Below are positions 1 to 16,669 of a stretch of DNA of 64,000 bases, piece by piece; the stretch's first letter is position 1, and the number at the start of each line of letters is the position of its first letter. The translations under genes and the position numbers were made by a program. A model generated the notes under the pieces. It was given only the letters and a program-made list of their open reading frames with translations, searched no databases and was not told the DNA's origin. This DNA comes from the human T2T-CHM13v2.0 reference genome, Homo sapiens: the NCBI RefSeq assembly GCF_009914755.1, contig NC_060925.1, one strand, 5' to 3'.

Positions 1-1220
1 GAAAAGCAAAACAATAGATATAATATAGTGTAAATCAAAGTATCCCTAAGTGTTTTGGGAATACAAAAGTGTAGCTAACATAACCTGGGAGTGATACTGG
101 TGGTGTGTAAGGTTGGGGAGAAGTCTAAGAAGATGGGAAGCTGAGCTAAATCTTCTAAATCATCTAAAGTAGAAGTGGTTTACTCTAGTAATTGAGGAAT
201 AAAGATATAAAATATCTAGGGGACTGCTTACCTAGTACCTAGCTCTGCTCTTTACCTGAGAACTGCTTCATCTGTCTGCTTTCCAATACACCATTCTACA
301 TAGCTACTATGCAGCTAACAGGTTCTTGCATTATTCCACAACCCTAGCTAATAAGTGGTTAGTGATCCAACTAGGACAAACAACAATCCTTGTCAAAAAT
401 TTCAAAAAAATTTTTTGAAAGCCAGTCAGTAGTGAGACAAAGAATATGCCAAAGCAAAAAAGAGGCTGCAAGAGCCTGTCAGTCTCCAATTTTTAGCTGC
501 TCCTTCCTCCCAGGTTGCTGCTCAACTGTGGAGTCCATGAGTCAAAAGATTAACTACTTTCCTTAAACCAGCTAAAATGGTTGGACAAGGAAGTTCATAA
601 ACAAGATCAATGGGAAGAGTTATACTCAACTGGACTGGGTATCTTTACCCTTCTAAAGATTCAATATATAAAGCTGAAGTCACTTATATTCCTTAGTAAA
701 TACTAACTGTACAAAAACAGTACTAAAATTTAAGTACGTTTTGTTTCATTAGTTTACATTTTCTTCGAGCTACAAATTAGTTATGATTTTTACAATAAGT
801 CAACATCCTTACCAATAATGTCTGTAAATTATACCCGGGTTGTGAGCAAAGCCATTTAAAACAGTAGTAAAATAACTGATCAAAAATCTCATTCTAGCTT
901 GTATTTGAGACGCTGAGTAGGTCTTTTATGATCAAAACTGGAAGGGAGGGAGACCAAATAAAAATAGTGGAATATCAATCAGCAGAATGACAAGGGGTTT
1001 CAAAGACATTTTCTGCTTTTTTGGGAATAATTTCTAACAAAAATTTTATGCCTCTGGCTATCAAAGTCTAAATTCAGTTTGTTGAAAAAGTGACCATTAC
1101 TAAAAATGAGTCTCATCCTTAGATAGACCTATATAAAGCATCCAACTAATTAAGAACCAAAAATGAATGTCCTGGTAACATTTTTTTATTATGTACAAAT
1201 AGCTAAAGCATTCTATATAA

Positions 1221-3364
<2,144 letters not shown>

Positions 3365-3374
3365 TGACTTTTAA

Positions 3375-3656
<282 letters not shown>

Positions 3657-5807
3657 TAGTCTACATATTAGACTTTTACTTTTATTGACAACTAAATTAA
3701 ACTGTGATTTTAAATTAAGCCTTAAGCCAGAGTTGAGTGACACAGAAAAGTATATTATATATATTGTGTTATCCATGATCATGTACCAAAAATCCAGAGA
3801 ACAATATTGCATAGATTAAATCTAGCACTATTTCTATACTTGCATGTGGTTTGCATCTAAATGGGAGGATTGCCCAACATACCATACTTTTATATTTCCA
3901 GTAATATTTTTTAAGTGTTTTTTGCTATGTTTTGGTTTCACTAGTCTTACTAAAAAAAAAAAAAAAATTCACCAGTTTTGTGCAAAGAGTGCTAGTCAAT
4001 GCTAATAAAAAGTACATCTTAGAGATTAGGGGCTAGGAGCAAAGTTAAAAACACTGGATTCAGTGTAAAAGATGCATTAAGACAGGTTTACTTGTACTTA
4101 GATACGATAATCACTCCAGCTTGTAATTAGCTGGGCATATATTAATTGGCAGATCTACTTTTATTGCTGAGCTGCAACTGCTGAAATGTGTCAAGATACA
4201 ACATATAGCTCCATTAATAATGAAAATTGAATAGGAATATAATTAATTTTAGAGGTTTGTGGTGCAAGTTTGGTTCTACTAAAATTATACCAAAAAACTG
4301 GGGTATTATGAAGAACTACTAAGAAAAGGCAGTAAGTAAAAATAGCTTTTACATGCATTTGGTTTACAGTTTTGGCATATCTGTTGTCAAATAGCAGACC
4401 TCTCAATTTACCCTAATCACAAGGGGGTGTGTGTGGTAAACACTGTTTATTATAAAATGCCCCTTGTTCTTCAGTCCTTCTGAGTTTGGTGTTTCAGTGA
4501 AAAAGGATGTTGGTTGAGTAGTAGTACAGCCCATAGAACAGCTTAAAGATAAGGAGAGGATGGCTCATACAGATTTATTCAGCAATTTGTCCCATGTGAA
4601 TACCTCAGCAAAAAGAACAGAGGGGCAGCAAAAGGTCTACTAAACTAGTTAAGTTGTATGTCTTAAATCTATTTAAAATCAAGTTTTAAAAACTTGTTTA
4701 GATTTTATTTACATGCAAGAAAAAGAATAACTTATATGTAAAGAAATCTTCTAAACATTAAAATGTTTTACTGGTATATGTGAACCAGTAAAGTGAAAAA
4801 CATGTAAGGCTTTGCAAGCCATTTTTGAGATACTTGGAATTTCAGGTTCAGATACAGAGAAATCAAGGGTTAAATTTTGGCTGAATACTAACATTTCAAA
4901 GCTTGCCTGCTTGTTTTTCTTTTAGAACTCCGAAAATGTACTTACTGTTAAAAACAAACCTTTACTACCAATAATAATAACACATCATTATGCCTGAAAG
5001 CTTTACAAACCATAATACTTCAAACAGAATTCAGCATGTACAAGTCAAAGACAGTACTGGAAGGAAACAACAGAAATATGCTAACATTTTTTTCTCACTA
5101 CAAACACAGGTATCTTACCAATTTAGTTTTAACTGGATAACTCAAATGATCTTTCCAGTCTACTTTATAATTTAAATAAATCTAAGAGTTTTGATGAAAA
5201 TATTTAAAAGATGAGCAAGTTCACTATTAATTTGTTTGAACAGCAGGTTTTAAAACATAGTAGGTTTACCTGGAGAGACTGAACTACCTATCCTTGGCTC
5301 TGTTTTCAGATGTTAAAGGTGAGGTTAGGTGTCTCAAATTACTAGCAATAGGTGTGTAAACTAACAGTCCATATTCTTTTTAACCAGATTTCATGTTACA
5401 ATTTATTGTAGACAATTAAGTGCCAGGTATTATGTGCTTTACTTTCATTTCAAGTTTCATCCAACACTGGGTTCTTACTATAAATGAACAAAAGCACCTA
5501 TTATTTTTTGGCTTCATTTGGCCAGAAGTTAGGAAGACTGGAGAACTACAGGATCAAAGCATGTTATAGGGATTCTACTTCCCCTTTGCTTGACAATCAT
5601 GGTGGAATGGGATCCTGGTATGCAACCATACTTCTCCTTCATATTTGCTTTGATTGAACTAATAGGCCAGACAAGAAATCAGTTGAGTTTTACTAAAAAA
5701 TGTAAAAGCTTAGAGGCTTTTTTACACTTAAATTGATTAAGCAACTTACATTTTTACCTTGTCTCAACTAAACCATCCAATGGAAGGAATATACTAGAAA
5801 ACAGTAC

Positions 5808-5975
5808 CTTTTTGGTTTCAAATTGTGCTTCCTCCTGACAGCATCCTCTGCAATCAGGATCCAGCTGAAGCAGGTTGAACTGTCCGAGAAGATCACAAGA
5901 GCTGCAAAGCAAGTTGCTAGAAAAGCCTAACTCTCTGCATGCCTCCGATGAAAACTCTGCCCCAAAAGCAGACAC
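5808..5975 (-). CDS. SELENOF: SELENOF (15-kDa selenoprotein, SEP15) coding exon 2: end of signal peptide plus Cys-rich UGGT-binding domain
   Basis: 168 nt, phase 0/0, encodes VSAFGAEFSSEACRELGFSSNLLCSSCDLLGQFNLLQLDPDCRGCCQEEAQFETKK (recognised Sep15 sequence). Acceptor TTTTATTTTCAG (AG at 5977-5976); donor AAG|GTACTG (GT at 5807-5806). Confidence 0.98.
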
Positions 5976-6113
5976 CTGAAAATAAAAAATGGGAAATAAA
6001 ACACAATTCCATATTTATATTACAAAGCTTTCCAAAAAGAGAACACGGGGTTGTCAAAAACTAACACATTGAAGACAAGTTACTGAAATGTTTCATTTGG
6101 AGATAAATTCTTT

Positions 6114-6406
<293 letters not shown>

Positions 6407-8273
6407 ATAAATTCTTTCTTAAACTCTGTAACCTTATGTAATAGTCTGGTTTCTCCCACCTCCCCTACAAGCTTTTTTTCTTAAACATCCATCATCTTTC
6501 AGCTTAGCTAAAATATGGATTAAGAAGAAAAGGCATATCATTGTTCATGATGTTTATCACATAAATATTTTCTTAAAGATTTATTGTTTTAAAAAGGAAT
6601 TTTCTTATAAGAAAAAATAATTTTTGTTTCATTTTAAGAACTCAACATCTGTTCATATGGGTCTATGGAGTAAGATTAGCTGTAGGGTTTATCTACAGTC
6701 ACATCCAGCAGAAGAAGGACGGGAAAGGGGATGGTGCAGGCAAGAGCACGCCAGAATTCAAACTTTTGGTTTTAGGTAATAGTGCCACCAGTTACAAGAT
6801 TCGTGACCCTGGGCAAACTATCCTCCCTAAGCTTTAATTTCCTCACTCATAAATTAAGGGGCAATACTTCCTACATAAAACAGATTGCTATGGTTACCTT
6901 ACATAAATCGTTACATTTAATCAGAGATGATTTAATCAATCAGAATGGCTGACAAAAGCAGGCTTTCAACAATATTCCCTTCCCTCATCCATTCTTTTTT
7001 ACCTATCAGTGAATGTGGTATACCTCCATTTGTCTAAGGCCAATCCCTCTACTTCCTCTTTGGATTCTATCTTAACAGATACTTCATTTCATCAATACTT
7101 CAACCTTTAGCTATATTTAAGCCCTATGGTCCTAACTGCTCTTCCCACGTTCTGTCATTTCTGAATTGTTACTATAACTTGGTTTCTATTATCTTTATTT
7201 TTTCCTAACACCCCAAACTCATTAATATAGCCTGGTTTCTGCTCCTACTACTCCACAAAATTTGCCCAAAATTACCAAATGCAAAGGCATTCAAAACTGT
7301 TCTGCTTCAACTACCCCGTCCAAAGGCCTGTCCTCCTTTACTTTTCTCTTCTATGCATCTCTTAAATGCTATTGTTTCCCACAGTTCTGTTTTTGGCTCT
7401 CTCTTAGCTTTACATGCCTTCTATTTATTACTGCATATTTATCCATGGCTTCAGATATGCATTTATTGAAAACTCTCAAGTATTTTTCTTGAATGTCAGG
7501 CTTCCAAAGCCAACAGTCCACTCAATATCACATTTAGGTGTTGAATATGCATTGCAAGTTCAAAATCTGCAACACTGAAACTTATGTTTTTCTTAAATCT
7601 ATTCTTCCTAAGGTATTCAGTATCTTAGTAAAATGGCATCATTTCTCTGACAAGCTAGTTGCCCAGATCAGTCATCCTACTGACCTACACTCCATATTCT
7701 TCACCATTCTCACAACCAATTAATATATTTTTATAATTCTCTTAAAAAGCTCTCAAGTCTTTTCCTGCCTCAGTGGCTTAAATGCTCACTGCCAAGGCTA
7801 CTTCTCATTACTTCCTCAATTCCTCCTGCTATAAGGAATTCCTATAGTATCTTGAAGTATAAAAGCCCTACTCAAACACACTTTTGCTCACAGTCTCCCC
7901 TATATTTAAGGTTCTGTTTCCACTTCTTCACCTTGTAACATCTTACTTATTTTCAAGAATCTAATCAGTATTAGTCTTTTAGGAAGCTTTCACTGACCAA
8001 AAAAATCAGATCTCAATCATTAGCCAGAGTACTTTTCTTCTCCGAGAAACTTGTGCACAGTTGTAAAACAGTACCGTTCGTGACACTGTACTATGTAAAT
8101 CTGACTCCTCAACAATACTATGAACTCTTCTGAAGGCAAGCATTAAGTTGTTTCTCTGTCTTTCCCTCACTTGTGACAGTTTTCATATATCTGTTGGATA
8201 AATAAATCGGACAAAGCCATAGCGTCAGGTAGGGGAAATTTCAGATTGACTGCAACTGACTGATCTTCTAGAC

Positions 8274-8518
8274 TAAGGGTATGCAAACTTTATGTGAAGG
8301 GCCAGATAATTTTGTTAGGCTTTTGTGGCCATATGGTTTCTGTACAACTATCTAACTCAGCCATGGCAGTGCAAAAACTAGTCACAGATAACACATGAAT
8401 GAATGAATGAGTGTGTCTGTGTTCCAATGAAACTTTGCTTCATTTTGTTATGTTAATTTGTTCTACAAAAACTGGGTTGACTGAATTTGGCCCACCAGCT
8501 GCAGTGTGTCAATCCTTT
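8274..8518. mobile_element. MER58A-like hAT-Charlie MITE
   Basis: GCAAACTTT..TGTGAAGGGCCAGATAAT...AGGCTTTTGTGGCCATATGG...GTGTTCCAATGAAACTTT...ATTTGGCCCAC resembles the recalled MER58 consensus. Confidence 0.7.
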
Positions 8519-8894
8519 TCTAAACTCACCAGGTAGATTAATATCCAGTGGCATTTCCCAATGAAAAGAAAATTTAAGTACTTGTTGGCATATTCACCCA
8601 AAATGCTGATGTGATATTTTATACATCTTTAATCTTATCTCTGTAATAATGTCATATGTATAATTTTTCAAAACAGATGAGACATCCCAGCCTAGTGGGA
8701 GGGAACTGTGACTTTATTGGTTAATTTGTGTGTTTGATCTCTCTAGTTTAACTATAAGACACTTGCTACCATACTAGTACTTTGGGTAATTTCTCCATCA
8801 GTAAAGTGATCTGCCTCATTTATTTCACAGGATAATTTGAAAATCAAATGTAACAATGAGCAGATTGTGTTTTCCAAAGACAAGACAATCAATA

Positions 8895-9427
8895 TGTATC
8901 AAAGGCTGCATCAATGTGTACATATCATTTCACATGTTCTTACAATGTTAGTCCTCCACTGAGAAGTGGGGTCTATGTTCCCTCCCCTTGAATCTGGGCA
9001 CGGGCCATGACTGTTCTGAACAACAGAGTTTAAAGGAAGTTATGTGATTCTGAGGGTAGGTCGTAAAAGAGCAAACAGCCTCTGCCTGGCTAGTATTCTT
9101 TCTTTCTAGGAACATCAACTTTGGAACTTAGCCAACCTGCTGTAAAGAAGTCTATACAAGAGAGACAACATGGAAGGGCCCATGTAGAGAGCAACTGAAA
9201 ACTCCAGCTGACAACCAGTATCAGCTACTAGACATGTGAGTAAACCACCTTCAGATTTCAGGCCCTAGTGTTTCAACTGAGGTCTGAGACATCATAGAAC
9301 AGACAAGCCATCCCTGCTGTGCCCTGTCAGAATTGCTAACTCACAAGATTTGAAAGCAAAATAATCAATTGTTTTACGTCACTAAATTTTAGGGTAATTC
9401 TGTTTTGCAGCCATAGTTACTGAAAGA
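8895..9427 (+). mobile_element. MLT1 (G/H-like) MaLR solo LTR
   Basis: GAAGTGGGGTCTATGTTCCCTCCCCTTGAATCTGGG...TGTTTTACGTCACTAAATTTTAGGGTAATT..TTTGCAGCCATAG is typical of MLT1. Confidence 0.7.
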
Positions 9428-10232
9428 GGCAATAAGAGTGAAATCACTTTGGAAACTGTGAACTCGTTAACAAACGTATAAAACTGTTACCAAAACCTTT
9501 TAAACAACAAAATAAGAACCTCAAATGAATAATCATGCAATTATACTATTTGGTTTTATTCTGGCATTTATGGAGCACCTACTGACAGGTAGCATGACTA
9601 TGCAAAACATCATGTATTTCAAAGTCTTAACACACATCTAGATTCAAATGCCATCACAGAGCTACCTTATTTCTAAACAGGGAGTATTATCATTTATCTC
9701 GTGGAATTCTGAGGATTAAAGAAGCAAGTGCACAGAAAGCATCTAGCATCCCGCCCAGTACACAGTAGGTACTGAATACATGTTGGTATTAGGCTCACCT
9801 TCCACTGTGAAAGCACACTTAAAAATTACAAAACACTATATAAATGTTTTTATCACTATACTAGACATGGGATAAAAGATAAGTATAGGGGAGATACAAA
9901 GTATCGAGTTTCTTAGGTAAACTACTTTTTTCTAGCTGTTCTATCACTGGTTTTGCAGACTTAAGGCTTTGAATTTAAGGACATCAGAAAGTATTTTTAA
10001 GTACCTGACAGATAAATGCTAATATATGAGAGTTTGATATTATTCCTGCCATCCTTTTATTGCCAAAAGTAACTGATTGGCATTTAAATTTGCACATTAA
10101 GATCAAATATTAAATTTTAGATTAATTAGCCACACTTGTAAGAAAGACAAAGATTCTAAGGACAGGGTTCCTGGCTAGGATAACCATTTAGCTTTCTCTA
10201 TTTCAAAGCAGAATTGACAAATTAAGAGGTTC

Positions 10233-10547
<315 letters not shown>

Positions 10548-12253
10548 CTATTCCCTCCTTCTCCATGCATTACTCACTGTTTTATTTTTCCAGTATTAAT
10601 GAGTTCCTTCTAGATGAGAGAGTTGGCAGCAGAGAAACTGGGTTAACTGTACTATACCATTACCTTAAAAATCTGATCTAGCTATATATTTTGTTACACT
10701 TACACCTACATATTCGTTGTCTCTTCACTGGTCTTTATAACTTTCAGGAAACTCAGAGGTTTCTCATGTAATTCTGAGCAAACTCCAAATCTGAGACAAA
10801 AGCAAATAGATGGGATTACAGAATGAACTCCATGAAAATGAATACCAGAAACATGGCCATTACAGCAAGCTTTTATAAACCAGCAGATATTTTGTTAAGT
10901 ACTTTACATTATTATTCCATCTAATCTAAACCATCTTGTGAAAAAGGTATTGTTATCACCATTTTATAAAGAAAGAAACAGGTTTAGGATAGTTAAGGTA
11001 ATTTGTCTAAGACCACACAGGAAACAAGAGATGACAGCAACAAGATTCTAATTCTGGCCTGCTCTCTATGCCCCTAACCACTGTTACTGACTACCATATT
11101 TCACAGAATCCATGATACACCATTATCGTATGTACCACTAATAACAAAAGCACCAACGATTTTAACTGTGTGATCCGTAAGGCCCAGCGAGATATTAACC
11201 TGTGAAGAAATGGAGTGGGGGGCATCTCAGAAAGAATGATACACAATTATCATTCTATACTGCTTTTTAGTGTAGTGCCTTTTTGAATGAGAAAATATTA
11301 CACATGATCTGAATGAAGGATTGAATATCATCACTTAGTTCTGGGGAGCGTTAATAAACAGCTCCCTAAGACTGTACTAAAATATCACTTTTCTATTGCT
11401 TATTTAAGCATACTCGATGTATTTTCAGATTAAATCACTTTATATCCAGTTGTTACCTCACTGAAATATTGACAAATATGCAGTTATTAACTTGAAATTA
11501 AAGCTATTCAGAGGAGTAGACAGTGATAAAAACTCAACTTGTCAAGTATAAGAAACTCAGAGGTATCAATTAACAAAACACGAGTGCAGTCCCAATGACA
11601 GTTTTATCCATAGCAGTATCTCAATCTCAAAGTGTCAAGAAATTGTTCCCTCATCCCCCTTTAATTCCTATGGAAGTTTCCAAAGATTTCACTACTGCCA
11701 ACTACTTATGCCACCTGATCTTTTTTTCCCCTTGGGCTAACTGTGACATATGCAGTTTCCAACTTCTTACTGTTTTTTCAACAATTATCTATACTCCTTT
11801 TCATTTTCAAGGTTTTTCTTGCTTTCTTTTCTTAAAAGCACTAGTTACTACAGAAGAGACATGAATAAACCTTAGGGAAGTTATAACAGTTCAATAAGGG
11901 TGAATTGTCCAGCACTCTCTCTTTTCTGAGTCATTTTTGTATTTTTGAGAGTGGTTGGGCTTCCTCACTGCTCTACACAAATTGCAAATATCCTGATGAC
12001 TTTGATGGCATGGAGCAACAACACAAATGAACTGGGGCCATTTACGCTTCAGAGGGATTTAAATGTACAAATACATATGAGACACAACGAAGGGAATATA
12101 AAATAAAAATGGTCCCTGTATTCTCTTTGGCTACATTCTAATTGGCACGGGGACAGGAGGAGTGGAGGGATACTAACACACACACACACAGAGCTATGAT
12201 TTGGTTAAGACCATGTGGATTTGTGTAATACAGTATAAAGTATGATGATACAA

Positions 12254-12524
12254 GGCCAGGGGTGGTGGCTCAAGCCTGTAATCCCAGCACCTTGGGAGGC
12301 TGAGGCGGGTGGATCACAGGGTCAGGAGTTCGAGACCAGCCTGGCCAACATGGTGAAACCCCGTCTCCACTAAAGATACAAAAAATTAGCTGGGCGTGGG
12401 GGCGCGTGCCTGTAATCATAGCTACTCGGGAGGCTGATGCAGGAGAGTCGCTTGAACCCGAGAGGCGGAGATTGCACCACTGCACTTCATCCCGGGTGAC
12501 AATGCGAGACTTCGTCTCAAAAAA
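12254..12524 (+). mobile_element. AluS element with right-arm deletion
   Basis: Alu flanked by perfect TSD AAAGTATGATGATACAA. Confidence 0.92.
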
Positions 12525-12953
12525 AAAGTATGATGATACAATATGCAAGGGAGAAATTACATCTAACTTTGCAAGTCTGGAAGTGGAATGTGAGTTAAGC
12601 TTTGCATTCTATTGAAACATCTTAGTTCAGGGAGAAAGAGATAAAGAAACAAAGGCCAAGAGTAAATTAATTTGCCTTAGTCAGTTATTAGAAGTTAAAA
12701 CTAAAAAATACATTTCGTTAAAGTAGTGTACTTCCCACTAAATTATACGTCATGAGTATGAATTCAATAGGCAGAGTTTGAGAGAAAAAGGCTGTGTATG
12801 ATGGCTGTCTTTGGGAATATTTGGTGGAATGGTGTGGCTGTGGCTGATCACCCAGTAGTTTTATTTGATGGTAAGTTAGGATGTTCCATCCTGTGGGGGT
12901 CACATTCACAAAAAAATGAGTAAGTTGATTCCTGCCTCAAAAGGTTTCAGTCT

Positions 12954-13284
<331 letters not shown>

Positions 13285-14313
13285 CTAACATGTACTTACC
13301 AGCTAGAGTTGCACAGCTACCACAAATTTTTGAATCATATCTAAGGCAGAGTCCAAGCACATGTATTTTTTAATCTCTCCTCCTCCCAACAATTTTCATC
13401 TACACACCTCCAGTTGGGATCACTGATAATAGAGCTCTATGAAGGTAACTGAAGCTGATTTTAATAGTTTCCAAACAGATTTCATACTTCCAGGTTTTCA
13501 GACCTTTGCTTGTGGATTCTCTAATTCATTCATCAAACATTTCACTTATACATCAAGTATAGTACTACTCTGTATATGTGTCACTAGAGATAAAACAGTC
13601 AACAGGAAAGACAGGGTACTTCCCTTTGGGAGTGGGTAGGAGAATGCCAAAGAACAAGAAATTATTAAAGAAAACTATGGAACGTATCTCAGAGAATAAA
13701 TATTGATCACCACTGGAGCACATAGAAAGACTCTTAATCCAAACTTGAGGGATAGCGAAGCTTTGTTGGAGGAAGTGATTTCTCTACTAAGAACAGAAAG
13801 AGAGTAAGTAGAAGACAGCCATTTTTGTTGTAGGGTAGGAGAAAGGGAGGAAAGGATGAGACGCTGGGAAGCGGCTTCTAGGTAATGAAAACACCATGCT
13901 CAAAGGTCTGGTGAGGGAGAATACAGTATGTGAAATAAGCTAAACAAGTGATGCCAATTCTCCACTTGTACCTTTCTGCTCTCCTAATAGAAGTAAATGT
14001 TGGGGAATAAGCCTGGATAGACAAACAAGTGCCTCCTTAAGGAACATTGAGGAAGACAGACTTCACCTTAAAAAACAATAAGCAGCCACTGAAGAGTTTT
14101 AATCATGACAGATTTAAATTTTAGGCAGATCACTTGATGCACTGTAGAGATTGGAAATGAAATAATGAGATGGGAGACTAGTTAAGGAAGCTGTTGTAAT
14201 TCTAGGCAAAGATAGTAGCCTGAATATAAATACTAACTGTGGAAACAAAATTATTAAGCGGACTGGCTTAGAGATTTTTAAGGCTTTAACGACTAATTGA
14301 ATTCAGACAGTGA

Positions 14314-14617
<304 letters not shown>

Positions 14618-14902
14618 AAAAATGACTAATTTTTGGCTTGGGCAATTGGGAAGCTGACAAAGGCAAAGCCAACCATTTAGATTCTGAATACAGCCAGGGA
14701 TAATTCAAACGGTGAACCAAGACGCTGTTATTTCTGAGGAGAGAGATGTTTATGGCCTGAGTGATTAACAATAAGTGGATGGATTTGAGATACTTAGGAA
14801 TTAAAATCAGTAAGTTTCAGTAATTCCCTGGATATGATATATGTAAGGAAAGGAGTCAAACATGACATCCAAATTTCTAGTTTGGATTCTGTGCACAGTC
14901 AC

Positions 14903-15445
14903 TGTGGTACGCTGTTTAATTAATTCCTACCATTATTACATATGGAATTAGTTAATTCCATAAATACCTCCTATCCTGGTATGCACACTTTGCAAAGTGA
15001 CTCTGTCATTCCTCCCATGTAGAGATGAAATCTATTTCTCCATCCCTGAATGTGAACTAGTCTTGTGACTTGCTTTGAGAAATATGTGATGGAAGTAATA
15101 TATGTGATTTCCAAGGCAAGGCTTTAGAAGGCATTGTAGCTTTTGCTCTTTTGGAGTGCTGCCCTGAGAGTGCCATGAAAAGAAGTTGGTCTAGCCGACT
15201 GGAGGATGAGAGGTCACACGGAACAGAACCAAGTCCTCGAGCTGACAGCACCAACTATAAACAGTGGTAATCCTGGAACCTTTCGGTTTAGCTGACCTAC
15301 TAGGTCAACAAAAAGCATAAATGAGGCCAGGGGAAAACCAACATAGGTGGAGTAGTTCTACTCCACTGACCCAGAATTATGAGAAATCATTGCTGTTTTA
15401 AGCTACTAGGTTTTAGGGCGGTTACACAGCTATAGACAACTGACA
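14903..15445 (+). mobile_element. MLT1 (H/G-like) MaLR solo LTR
   Basis: Starts TGTGGT, ends TGTTTTAAGCTACTAGGTTTTAGGG...ATAGACAACTGACA; 5-bp TSD GTCAC/GTCAA. Confidence 0.75.
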
Positions 15446-16585
15446 GTCAAAGACAGAGGGAGATCAAAAAAAGACAACCTGAAATGTTATCTCGAACGAC
15501 CTAAAGATGTGCAAAAACCCTTAAACAGTAGAAAGTTTAGGGAGAGGTGATCCAGTAATTCCTAGCACCAAATGCCTGAATAACAAGATAATTGGAATGT
15601 TAATTACAGAAGTTAAGAATCTACCTTTTGGTTAAAGTAGCCAAAGCAAACAGCCAGGATGCTTTCAAGCTCTTTGAGAAAGGTAAGTACAGGTGTTCAT
15701 AGAGGACTCCGGTGTAGTCCCTTAACACCCTCAACCTTGGATAAGTAAATTAAACCAGGTCTCCTTATTAGAGACTACCCGAAGAATTAAGCTAGGATAA
15801 AAAAACGTAAAAGCTTTCAGCACTGTGCCTAAAATTTTACTATTCACACAGCAGAACATGGATATGAGAAGAAATAAGTTAAAAGTACACTTTTCCCATT
15901 CAAAGGTCACCCATCTATTCTGCCAATAGAGAAAAATGAAATAAAAAACGCTGCCTTATTTTAAAGAAGACAACGAACATCATTTAAAAAACTAACTTCA
16001 AAAATGAATTATACTTTGGTATAGATAACTCCTTTTACTCCAACAACATTGTTTAAAAGCACAAATCGCACTCAAGCGCAGCCAGCCGTATATGAATAGC
16101 AGAGGAGAACGGAAGTTAAGAGACTAACAGAAGTAGTGAAAATGAGAGAGCACGCGCGCGAGAGAGGTAAACACAAACTGTTCGCCTGGACCAACGACTT
16201 GAAGACTTGCCTCTAAGAGTTGGAAGTCTCGTCATGAGTCTCTTGCATTTCTGTCCATTTAAAAACAACCTCCACTTCTTGCCAAGCTTTATTATTCCCC
16301 CCTCCCACCTGGTGTGGTTTACAGATTGTTTTTAGCAAGAGCCGTATAAGAGAAGCTACGTACCCAAGACAATCTGAAATCAAGAGAAAACTGCTGCTAG
16401 AAACCCAAGGCGGGGAAGGAGAAGGATCAACCGAGAAATTAAGCCACGTTGCATTCTGGCCGCAGCAGTCATTAAGGAAGCGCAGTCCTCCCCACCCTTT
16501 TCAACCAGGACCGAATGTTGCGTCTTTCTCAGCTGCAATCACTCCTACTCTCCCTGTGGCAGCTGCGAAGGTGATCTACACTCAC

Positions 16586-16669
16586 CGCTTGAAGCACAGT
16601 CGCCAACAACAACCGTAGCCCAAACGCCGGCACCAGACACCCACTCGGCCCAGCCGCCATCGCTACCAT
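16586..16669 (-). CDS. SELENOF: SELENOF coding exon 1 (signal peptide)
   Basis: ATG at 16669 encodes MVAMAAGPSGCLVPAFGLRLLLATVLQA (84 nt). Donor GCG|GTGAGT at 16585 joins exon 2 in frame. A second in-frame ATG lies at 16660. Confidence 0.97.

Noticed and set aside
400-420. TTTC-A7-T6-GAAA near-palindrome
   Set aside because: Low-complexity A/T run; chance level.
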